Shown here one piece after another: positions 9,338 through 19,900 of a stretch of DNA of 55,074 nucleotides (positions are counted from its first letter, which is position 1; each line of letters opens with the position of its first letter). The translations under genes were made by a program, and so were the position numbers. The stretch spans positions 1-55,074 of the forward strand of contig CAMKBC010000003.1 in the NCBI GenBank assembly GCA_946410665.1, read 5' to 3'. The notes beneath the pieces were generated by a model. The model was not told the origin of the DNA and did no database searches. It was given only the letters and a program-made list of their open reading frames with translations. The stretch is from an uncultured Clostridia bacterium. Lineage in GTDB: Bacteria; Bacillota; Clostridia; TANB77; CAG-508.

Positions 9338-9850
9338 ATGTCTCAAGAAATGACTGGAAAATTCTTTAGCATTCAACAACCTCAAGGTGTAAAAACTGTA
9401 ATTTATAGAATTGATAAATTAGCTAAGGAATATCAAACACCTACTTTAAAATACAAAGCAGAAAGAGTAGTGTCTTCTGAAGAGTTTAATGGAACTTTTA
9501 CAAAGAAGACTTTCTTTATTGATTTTCCTGAACCAGATGGAGAAAATCTAGTAATCTTATCATTCTCTAAAGATAAGGTTTCAGTAAATATGGGACAATT
9601 AAAAGACGACAAGATTAAGTTCAACAAATCTCAACTTCCAATACAATTTAATACACTATATTCAGAGACCCCTATGGATTTTAAAGACTTCAAGTATACT
9701 CAAAATCTTGCAAGATCAATTACAATCATAGATCCTGAAACAGCAGAGGAAATCAAGCCAAACTTATATCTTGATGAAACAACAAATGAAGTTAAAGGAA
9801 CATGCAGATTGCAACCTTATAAATCTTATTTCACATTTGAGATAAGATAA
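9338..9850 (+). CDS. Hypothetical cytoplasmic protein (170 aa)
   Basis: Long ORF with a GAGAGG-type RBS, no signal peptide and no recognisable motif. Confidence 0.5.
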   Translation: MSQEMTGKFFSIQQPQGVKTVIYRIDKLAKEYQTPTLKYKAERVVSSEEFNGTFTKKTFFIDFPEPDGENLVILSFSKDKVSVNMGQLKDDKIKFNKSQLPIQFNTLYSETPMDFKDFKYTQNLARSITIIDPETAEEIKPNLYLDETTNEVKGTCRLQPYKSYFTFEIR

Positions 9851-9886
9851 TTATTTTAGAATCTAAATTTTAAGGAGGAAATTCTC

Positions 9887-10144
9887 TTGAATAGTGAAGA
9901 TAATATGATATTTAATTGCGGAACATTCTCAACAGATGGCAGCCAATTAGTTTTTGAAAACCCGAATTCTGAAAAAGTACAAGAAGGCGAAGCATTTGAA
10001 GGAAAGGCAGAAACATTTACATCAGCAACAATAGCACCAGAAATTGATGCAGCATTAAGATCAGGATTAGAAGGAAGATTAACAGACTACGCAATAAGTG
10101 TAAAAGAAAGCAACTTAGATAAGAGTGAAGTTGCAGAAAAATAG
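9887..10144 (+). CDS. Hypothetical small acidic protein (85 aa, TTG start)
   Basis: AGGAGG (9873-9878) lies 8 nt before the TTG at 9887. A clean terminator follows. Confidence 0.4.
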   Translation: MNSEDNMIFNCGTFSTDGSQLVFENPNSEKVQEGEAFEGKAETFTSATIAPEIDAALRSGLEGRLTDYAISVKESNLDKSEVAEK

Positions 10145-10148
10145 AGAT

Positions 10149-10177
10149 AAAATAGCTTAATTTATTTAAGCTATTTT
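10149..10177 (+). terminator. Rho-independent terminator
   Basis: aatagcttaa (10151-10160) pairs with ttaagctatt (10166-10175), followed by T residues. Confidence 0.65.
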
Positions 10178-10211
10178 AGTTGTAAAATAAACTAAAGAAG
10201 AGGAAAAAATT

Positions 10212-12206
10212 ATGGATGATTTTTCTATATATCTAAAAAAGCATATGGTCCCAATTATTGGTTTGATAATATTTTGGGTTTTAGTATGCTTTTTTTTAGT
10301 GGGAGCCATAGCTGAAACAGAGGTTCAAGTATTAAATAAAATAGTTCCAGAAAAAGAAATGTTCCCACAATTAATAAAAAATATTTCTTCAGTAGGATCA
10401 TTCTTTAGTGTATTTGCTTTACCAGGCGGAGGCGCTGCACTATTTAAACACATATTAATCTTCACATTAGTATATTCAGCAATAGTTGGCGTAGGAATGT
10501 GGAAGTCTAGAAGAAAAACAGAATATTCTGGAAGAGAACATGGTTCTTCAGACTGGAGCAGAGGCGGAGAACAATATAAAGTTCTTAGTAAAAACAATGG
10601 TTTAATCCTAGCAGAAGAAAACTATTTACCACTTGATAAGAAAGGTAACTTAAACATCCTTATCGTCGGTGGTTCAGGTTCTGGTAAATCTGCATCATTC
10701 TCAATACCAAATGCACATCAACTTTTAGGTTCATATGTTTTCACAGACCCTAAGGGAGAAATATATGATAAGACAGCTGGATACTTCAGAGATAATGGAT
10801 ATAGCGTAAAAATATTAAACTTAGTTAATCCAGAAAGTTCAGATAGTTATAACCCTCTAGCACATATTAGATCAGAGCTAGACGTTGATATTATAGCAAG
10901 TACAATCGTAAGAGGACAAAAGAGTGAAAAAGCAGGTGGAGCGCAAGATCCATACTGGGATAACATGTCAGAGTTATTATTAAAAGCATTGATTTATTAC
11001 TTAATGGCAAAACGTCCACCAGAAGAATGTAACTTAGCATCATGTGCAGAAATGGTTAGAGCTGCAAATAATAATGGCGACAATAACTTATTAGCAGACT
11101 TAATTAATCAATTACCTTATGATCACCCAGCAAGAACAAACTTTAAATCTGTTGAATTAGCATCAGATAAAACATATAGCTCAATTTTATCATCACTACA
11201 ATCAGCGTTAGGTAAATTTGATTCTAAAGATATAGCAGATGTTACATCAACAAACACAATAGATTTCGAAGAATTAGCAAATAACAAGACAGCATTATTC
11301 GTTGTTTCATCAGACACACATACAGCATACGACTTCTTGTTAACAATATTCTTCTCACAATTAATACAACAATTATATGACTTTGCAGATAAAGCAGGTG
11401 GAAAACTTCCTGTACCAATGTTCTTCATTTTGGACGAGTTCTCAAATATCGGACAAATACCAGACTTTGATAAGAAGATTTCAACATCACGTTCAAGAGG
11501 TATTTCATTCAGTGTTATCTTACAAAACTTAGATCAGTTAAAAGCAATTTATGAGAAATCATATGAAACAATTATCGGTAACTGCGATACTCACGTATTC
11601 TTAGGTAGTAACTCATATACAACAGTTGAGTATTTCTCTAAAGAACTTGGTGAGAAAACAATTACACACGAAAGTAAATCTTCTAATAGAAAGAATGATA
11701 GAACAAGAACTGGATACAGTGAGAGTGAACAAATCATGGCAAGAGCTTTGATGACACCAGACGAATTAAGAAGAATGGAAAACGACAACTGTATCATCTT
11801 TGCAAAAGGTTTAAAACCAATCATGGCAAAAAAATACTGGTACTATAAAAAGCCAAACATCGTTAAAGATTTTGATAAGTTAAAACTAAATCACAATGAT
11901 TACGATATTGGAAACAGAGGTGAATGGAGAAAATATAATCCATACAACGCAGATGATAGTGCATTAGATAAAGAAGATACAGAAATAGCATCACTAGATG
12001 ATTTATTTGCAGATGATTTTGCGACAACAGACGATGCAAAACCAACAACGGAAGCAGGAACATTTGCTGGATTCGAACCAGAAACAGCAGATACTCCAGA
12101 ACAACCAGTTACACTAATGGATAGTCCACTGGATGATGACGAATTAGATATCGAAAAACAACTTGAAGCTAAATTCGATCAATTATTTGGAACTGGAAAT
12201 GATTAA
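10212..12206 (+). CDS. VirD4/TraG-family type IV secretion coupling protein (T4CP)
   Basis: 664 aa. Two N-terminal TM helices, Walker A IVGGSGSGKSAS, Walker B MFFILDEFSNIG and the conserved tail MTPDELRRM. Ends in a long acidic C-terminal extension. Confidence 0.8.
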   Translation: MDDFSIYLKKHMVPIIGLIIFWVLVCFFLVGAIAETEVQVLNKIVPEKEMFPQLIKNISSVGSFFSVFALPGGGAALFKHILIFTLVYSAIVGVGMWKSRRKTEYSGREHGSSDWSRGGEQYKVLSKNNGLILAEENYLPLDKKGNLNILIVGGSGSGKSASFSIPNAHQLLGSYVFTDPKGEIYDKTAGYFRDNGYSVKILNLVNPESSDSYNPLAHIRSELDVDIIASTIVRGQKSEKAGGAQDPYWDNMSELLLKALIYYLMAKRPPEECNLASCAEMVRAANNNGDNNLLADLINQLPYDHPARTNFKSVELASDKTYSSILSSLQSALGKFDSKDIADVTSTNTIDFEELANNKTALFVVSSDTHTAYDFLLTIFFSQLIQQLYDFADKAGGKLPVPMFFILDEFSNIGQIPDFDKKISTSRSRGISFSVILQNLDQLKAIYEKSYETIIGNCDTHVFLGSNSYTTVEYFSKELGEKTITHESKSSNRKNDRTRTGYSESEQIMARALMTPDELRRMENDNCIIFAKGLKPIMAKKYWYYKKPNIVKDFDKLKLNHNDYDIGNRGEWRKYNPYNADDSALDKEDTEIASLDDLFADDFATTDDAKPTTEAGTFAGFEPETADTPEQPVTLMDSPLDDDELDIEKQLEAKFDQLFGTGND

Positions 12207-12222
12207 AAATAAAAAAACAAGC

Positions 12223-12256
12223 AAAAAAAGCGTGAAAATTTATTCACGCTTTTTTC
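12223..12256 (+). terminator. Rho-independent terminator after the T4CP gene
   Basis: agcgtgaa (12229-12236) pairs with ttcacgct (12243-12250), followed by a T5 run. Confidence 0.8.
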
Positions 12257-12471
12257 TTTTGCAAAAATATAGTTTTTCAATGTAATATTTGCAAGCCCTA
12301 CGAAAAAGGGAAAAATTTAAAATAATTTGCAAAATAATAGACAAATATTACAAAACAAAATGAAATGAAATAAAAATAACCTTAATAATTATTTATTAAT
12401 AAATAAAATATATATAGTGTTTTCCAAGAGGGAGACTGACATAAATAACTAACAATTTAAGGAGAGAAAAA

Positions 12472-13953
12472 ATGTTAAATCAAAATTCAAGAAAGACAAA
12501 AATTAATATCGGGATTATAGCATCAGCAGCTGTAGTCATAGTTGCAATAGCAACAATAATTGCAACAGTTTTTACAAGTTCGACCACAACAGTATCTTCA
12601 GTATCAGCTAAGGATTACTTTGAGGGAAACAATGAACAACTAAGAGGAAAAGTAATAGTAAAATACGTTGATCGTGCAGGAGAAGAAATAAGTTCTACAG
12701 ACACAGTAGAGGGAATATGTGGAGAGGAATATAACGTAGAACCTAAAACTGTTGAAGGATACTTAATTCAAAAGTATCCAGTAAATAAACGTGGAAACTT
12801 CTCAGAAACAGATGAAACAGTTTATTTCATCTATGAAAAGGATGTTTCGAGCATCGATGAAAGATCAGATGGACAAAACGTTGTAGTAACCGTTTTCAAG
12901 AACAAAGAGAAAAAACCAGATGAATACAAATTCATAATCAAGACAATTGATGAAAAAGGAAAGCCATTACCAGGAACAACATATAGAACTGTTGATGGAA
13001 ACTCTGTAGTAATCAAAACAGGAAAAGATTATACAGGAGAATTTGTAATCGGCGGATTAACAAACTTTGAAGAAGGAACAGATACATACAAGATTTCTGA
13101 ATTAGAGACATTAGACGGATATTATCCATTAGATGGAACAATAGATGTTCAAATCAACAAAACAAAAAATGATGGAACAGACAATATCGATATGACAGCA
13201 ACATTAACAGAAAGAGATAATGTAACTCTAGAAGTAAATGAAGAAACAAAAGAAATTGTAATTACATACGTTAAAAAGGCAATTCCAGAAGAACCAAAAC
13301 CAGAGGAGCCTAAGCCAGAAGAACCAGATGACCCAGAACCTCCTACACCACCAACACCACCAATCACAGGAGAAGAAATATTTGATTTAACTATAGATAA
13401 AAAGATAAAAACAATTGATGTTGTAAACGAGAAGGAAAATAAAACTTTAACAAAAACAAATTCAAACCAATTAATGAAAGTTGATATTCCAAACAGTCAA
13501 ATCAACAAAACAACATTAACAGTAAAATACGATATAACAGTAACAAATGTTGGAGAAGTTGCAGGATATGCACTAAGCATAAAAGACAACTTACCAAAAA
13601 ACATGAAACTTGCAGGTAATCAAGTTGATTGGAGCGACGGAAACAATATAGCAACATTAACAAAGTTAGCAAGCACAGAATTAAAACCAGGAGAAAGCGT
13701 TACAGAAGAAATCGTTTTAACAATTAAGCTAACAGAGAACGATGTTGGAATGAAAATCAACACAGCAGAGATTACAAGCTATTATAACGAGAAAGGATTA
13801 AAGGATGCTACTCCAGACAACGTTGGTTCTGACTCATTCATCATAGCAATAAAAACAGGACATGAAGAAAAAATAGCTTTATTAGCAGTAGTTGCATTAG
13901 CAGCTACTACAATGGGAGTTTATCTAATAAAGAAAAAATACGAAAGAAAATAA
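12472..13953 (+). CDS. Surface protein: MucBP-like domain, SpaA/Cna-B-like fold, Pro-rich linker, DUF11-like domain, C-terminal AIKTG + TM + basic tail
   Basis: N-terminal TM/signal segment. GKVIVKYVDRAGEEISS...VEGYLIQ...VYFIYEK resembles MucBP. Linker PEEPKPEEPKPEEPDDPEPPTPPTPP. C-terminus IAIKTGHEEKIALLAVVALAATTMGVYLIKKKYERK. Confidence 0.8.
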   Translation: MLNQNSRKTKINIGIIASAAVVIVAIATIIATVFTSSTTTVSSVSAKDYFEGNNEQLRGKVIVKYVDRAGEEISSTDTVEGICGEEYNVEPKTVEGYLIQKYPVNKRGNFSETDETVYFIYEKDVSSIDERSDGQNVVVTVFKNKEKKPDEYKFIIKTIDEKGKPLPGTTYRTVDGNSVVIKTGKDYTGEFVIGGLTNFEEGTDTYKISELETLDGYYPLDGTIDVQINKTKNDGTDNIDMTATLTERDNVTLEVNEETKEIVITYVKKAIPEEPKPEEPKPEEPDDPEPPTPPTPPITGEEIFDLTIDKKIKTIDVVNEKENKTLTKTNSNQLMKVDIPNSQINKTTLTVKYDITVTNVGEVAGYALSIKDNLPKNMKLAGNQVDWSDGNNIATLTKLASTELKPGESVTEEIVLTIKLTENDVGMKINTAEITSYYNEKGLKDATPDNVGSDSFIIAIKTGHEEKIALLAVVALAATTMGVYLIKKKYERK

Positions 13954-13994
13954 AATTAGATAAACTACAGAAAGAAAAATAAAGGAAGAGGATT

Positions 13995-16900
13995 ATGAAA
14001 AAGAAAGTTTTTATTATCGTAAGCTTATTAAGCATCATAATAGCGATATTACTAGCAACAACAATAAAATCATCAGCAGATTCTGTAAATTTTGATTTTA
14101 TCGATGACTATGGAATAAGATGGAATGTATGGTCTAGAAACTATAAAGGAGACCTATTCCAAAACTTGAGATATGTAAGTGGAGAGATACCTGAAGATGG
14201 TACTATAGTAATTCCAGGAGAAGTATATGAGAGACAAGCTCGTGGAGTAGAAGGACTAGTATGGGACCTTTATATTGATGGATATCATGGAGACGACTAT
14301 ATCGATATAGAATCAATAGGAATTAATGACGCATGTATGTTTTCTGCAGCAGATGCAGCAACAAAAGCAAAAATTAAAAAAATAGTTGTTCCTGGAAAAA
14401 TTAAAAAAATAAGTAACAAATGTTTTGAAGGATTAACAAATTTAGAAGAGGTTGAATTAGGAGAAGGTGTAGAAACACTAGGGGATTATTTTATTTCAAA
14501 AACTAAAGTTTCTGAAATTACAATTCCTAACTCTGTAAAGAAACTTAACTATACTTATCAATTTATAAACTCAGACTGGAGTGTAAACAGTTACTTAAGA
14601 AAGATTAACTTTGGTAGTGGTGTATCACCAAGTGACATATCAAAAGTAGGAGATCCATATTCTCTACCAAATTTAAAATCATATGGCGCAACACCAGACA
14701 GTGGTTTAACAGAGATTGATGGAATTTTATATAAGGATGACGGAAAAACATTATATGCAGTTCCACAACAAAAAGATTTAACAAATTGGGAAGTGCCAGA
14801 CGAAGTAACTAAGATAGGTGATTATGTTTTTTATGAACATAGCAATTTTTATAAATTAACAAATGCTAAAGCTTTTAAAGAAGGACTCATAAGCATTGGA
14901 GATTATGCTTTCTATGATGCATCTATTAAAGATCCGTTAAAATTACCCTCAACAGTTCAATACATCGGTGACAGTGCTTTCGAAAGAGCTAGCATACCTA
15001 CAACAAATAACTTCACATTACCAGCAGATTTAAAAGTAATAGGAAAAAGTGCTTTTCAAGTTTACGACCGAGGAAGATATTTAAAGGGTGAATTAGTAAT
15101 TCCTGATGGTGTGACAACTATAGGAGATTATGCTTTTAATGGTTGCTATGGACTTACAGGAACATTAACAATTCCAGATTCAGTAGTAACTATAGGAAAT
15201 AGCGCATTTAAAAACTGTGATAACATGTATGGAAAGTTAACTATTGGAAATGGAACAACAACAATAGGAGATTATGCTTTCTATAAAGAAAATGTTTATA
15301 GTGCAGACAGAAACTGGTATAGACCTACTATCGGTTCAAGTATTGAAAGTATCGGGCCAAACTTTATAAATGGTGCATACATACCGGATTTATGGATTGA
15401 TAGAGTACCGGGAGAAACTTATATTTCATATGGTTATGCTGGAACAGACAATGAAACTCATGTACATTTCAAAGGTTGCACACATAGAGTAACAATCGGA
15501 ACTTCTGAAGGAATAAGAGTTGTAAATGTAGAAACAAATCAAGAGATGGTAACAGGTAACTATGAATGTGGAACTACAGGTAAATACAAAATTGTAGTAG
15601 ATGAAGGTTACGATTATAGTAATTTAAAAGTAATTGAAATCAATGACGACAAATTCAGCAATAAAAAAGTATATGAATATGAAGAAGGAAGAGAATACGA
15701 CTTCGACGAATTATTAAGAAATAGAAGAATATATGTAGAAACATTAGAGACAGGACATGACTTATCATTAAGAACATATATTACAGATGTTAATTATATA
15801 AGTGTTTCAAAAGTAAGAGAACCACTTGTAGAATTAAATAAAGGTGTATTTACATATACTCATACAAAATATCCAATTAGAGTATCTAGAGGTGATGATG
15901 TAACATTCAAAATCTCAGTATATAATGAAAGTGTTGAAGATACAGCAGCACAAGAAATAAAAGTATACATTCCAGAAGGAATGGAACTAGATTCAGAAAA
16001 TCCAACAAACAAGAGATATAACTGGACTCTAGATAGTAATGGAAATGCAATTTCTGATGCATTAGCAGGAGAAACAGTTCAAGGATACTTTGGAAATGGT
16101 GATGTTCACCACAAAGACTTGAGCATTGTTTTAAAAGTAACAGAAGATGGACAAGAGTCAGATATTTACAAGACAATCTTTGCTGAAATAAGTGGAGAAA
16201 GTGCAGCAGATAATGATTCTACTCCGGGAAATGTAACAGTTTCACAAGATTACATGATTGATGAAATTAACGAATCAAACGGAAATTCAATTATCAATTC
16301 ACAAGAAGATGATGATGATTTCGAAACAGTAGTATTAAATGCAAAAATTAGAGTTGAATACAACATCAGAGTTAATAAAATTGATAAAGACACAAACGAA
16401 GTATTAAGGGGAGCTAAATTCAACTTAATATCATGTGGCGAAAACAAACTAGAAGTAGCAAAAGAAGATAATACAAAAGAACTAAAAACTTTTGCTGACG
16501 GAGATGTTATAGCAGTTGCAACTTCTGATGAAAACGGAATTGTAGATTTTGGTGGAATTGTTTCATACGATGAAGGTGAAAACACATATTATATTGAAGA
16601 AGTAGATGCTCCAGAAAGCTACTTAGCTAACATTGGACAAAAGATGAAGGTAAGAGTTGTTAAAGCTATTATCGATGCAGAAAAAGGAACATATAGTGTT
16701 AAAGTATATTGCGACACTTCTTCATATACAGTTGATACAACACAATTTGAATTCACACCAATTTCTACAGCTGAGCAATTAGCAAAGGTAGGAAGTGGCG
16801 AGACAGTTAATGTAAACGGAACAGATTACGAATACAACATCGATACAAACTACAAATTAATCAACGATATTGATTTAGCAGGAATTAATTGGACACCAAT

Positions 16901-19900
16901 CAATTACCAAATCAAAGGTATATTTGATGGAGATGGACATAAAATAAAGAATTTAACAATTCAAAGAGAAGCTAGCGAAACAAAAGAAGTAGGTTTAATC
17001 GGATACTTCTCAGGAATTGTTCAAAACTTAACATTTGAAGATCCTAACATCAACGTTTCATATTATGATGAAACAGCAAAATCAAGATCTGGATTCTCTG
17101 GAACTGGATGTTTTGCTGGTGTTATGGAACAAGGTGCTATTTACAATGTAAAAACAACACTAACAGAAGGATCAACAGCAGCAGTAAAAGCATCAGTAGA
17201 TAATATTGGTGGTATTGTTGGACATACTGTACCAGAAGGAATGGTAACAGTAATTAACTGCGAAAATAATGTGCCAGTAATAGGAGAATCATTTAGTTTA
17301 GCAAATGTAGTAAACACAAAAGCAAGCAACGCTGGTGGTATTATTGGATGTGCATTAGGTTCAATTACAGTTGAAGACTCAGTTAATAATGGAACAATTA
17401 TTGCTGAAAACTATAATGCTGGTGGTTTAGTAGGATTTGTAAGACCATCAGATTATAGAGAAATGTTCTTAGCTGCAGGATATGATGAAGATAATAAGAG
17501 AATTGACTTATTAGTTGAAAACAAAGCAGCAGAAGGACAATACAATTTAGCACTAGAAATTAAAGACAGAAAGACAAGTGAGTTATTAGGTGGAGCAACA
17601 TACGAAATCGACAAAGTTGAAAACACAATAATGACAAAACTAATCGAAACTGGATCATTAAAATTATTTGATAAAGCAATTGAATATGCGGGAAAAGATA
17701 TTTACTTCTTAACAGAAGAAGAAACAATTCCAGGATATACAAGATTAAATGGAATTATTAAAACAACGATCGAAAGATATTGGGACAATGCAGCAAACGA
17801 TTACAGAGTAAGAGTTGAAGCAGTTCTTATTTCTCATAAAGAATATGAAGAATTCATTGGAGAAAGAGAAACAAACGAAGACACAGTAAGAGGAAGCGAA
17901 TTTGATAGAGGACAAATATTTACAGATGTAAATATTGCTAAAGCAAACTGGAATGGAAAGAAAGTAAGCTTCGAAAGATGTACAAACAATGGAACAATTA
18001 CTGCAAACTACATGAATGCTGCCGGAATACTAGGTACATCATATGGATTAGTAGACTTCAACAATTGTACAAACAATGGAACAATTACAGGTAGTTATAA
18101 GAGTGCAGGTATAATTGCTGAATTAAGAACAGTTAATGCACAATTCTTCAACAACTACACAGCAGAAACTACTATAGTAGAAACAATAAATGAAAGAGGC
18201 GTTAGTGAGTTTAACAATTGTATAAACCATGGACAAATTTCAAATGGTAGCGGTACTGGCTTTAGTACTGCAGGAATTGCTGCAAACACATATGGAAATG
18301 TTGTGTTCAAAGAATGCCAAAACCAAGGATATATTAATGGCGGCGGAATTCTAGGCGGAATCGTTGGTGAAGCTAGAATGGGTACTACAATTAAGAATTG
18401 CCAAAACAAAGGTGAAATAAATCATACTTCTTCAGCTACCAATGTGGCATGTGGTGGTATTGTAGGACAAGTAATTCGTACAAGATCAAGTGAAAGCGAA
18501 AACATAAGTGTACAAGAAGTTTATTTAGAATTGGATAATTGTCAAAACTATGCAAACATTACTTCAAATGCATGGGCAGGTGGTATTGCTGGTATGGTAA
18601 ATGGTAAGAGAGCAAGAATTAACAATTGTACTATTGCTAGTGAAGATCCATCAAATGTATTAAAGATGAAAATAAACCCAAGTGGTGGCGCAATTGCAGG
18701 AATTGTAGCTGGTACAGATGCTGAGGAAACAATTTTAACAAACAACACACTGAATAATTGTGAAATAGAAGTTGCTAAAGGAGTAAGAAACACTACAGAT
18801 GCTAATGCTGCTGGTATGCTTGCATGTGTACATAGATCAATTAATTATGGAGAAATTGATCCAAAATCAGTAGTTATCAACAATTGTGCTACTATAAATT
18901 CAACAATTTTAGGTACAGCTAAACAAGTTACAGGTATCATGGGTGAAGTAGACCATATGCCTGATGTAGAAGTATCAATAAATAACTGCATGGTAGATAA
19001 TTGCCAATTACATGCCAGAGTAGATTATGGTTCATCATATGGATGGATTGGAGGAATCTCCGTAGGTGGTTACCAACCAGGAAATCAAAACATTAGAAAT
19101 TGCGTTGTAAAAGATACTAGCATGAAATGCACAGACAGAGATGGAGACTTAGCAGCTACATATTGTTCTATAGGTGGAATATTTGGTAAGGCTTCAGTCG
19201 GAACTCAAGGAACATCAACAACTAAAGTTAACATTGAAGATTGCGATGTTATAAACATAGATATAAATGGATATACAAAAGAGTATACACCAGGAGGAAC
19301 TGCTGGAATTTTAGGAAATCTTAATTCAGGTGATTCTGTAACTATAACAAGATGTAATGTAAGAAGATCATCAATTAAAGAGCGCGCACAAATGGTAGGA
19401 GGAATTGCAGGCCAAGTATCAAATGTAAATAATCTTCAAATTAAAGATTGTAATGTATATGAAACAGACATATTAAAAACACAACCTATAGAAGGAAACA
19501 GTCAATCATTAAATTCAATTGCAGGTGGCATTTTAGGATTCTCGATAAGAGCTAAGAATCTACAAATTGATAATTGCCAAGTTATAGGTAAAGAATTAGA
19601 TAAAGATAATGAAAACAGAAACAAAATTGGTGTTGATTGCAATGGTTCATCAGGACTATTAGGAAAAGTATATTCAATACCAAATTTAGAATTAACAAAT
19701 AATAAAGTTAAGAATATGGACATAGTTGATAATGCTCCAGTATCAGGAAGTGGAAACTATAATGATGTTGGTGGAATTATGTGCTATGGTAACTTTACTA
19801 ATGCATATTCTGAGAACAATATAGTTGATAACTGCAATATATCTGGAAATAAAACATATAATGTTGCTGGAGCATATGGATCATTAGAAGGAAAAACTAC

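Noticed and set aside
10290-10297. T8 homopolymer early in the T4CP coding region as a possible phase-variation switch
   Set aside because: Homopolymer runs of this length are common at about 30% GC. The gene is intact and nothing else suggests on/off switching. It would need population sequencing to revisit.
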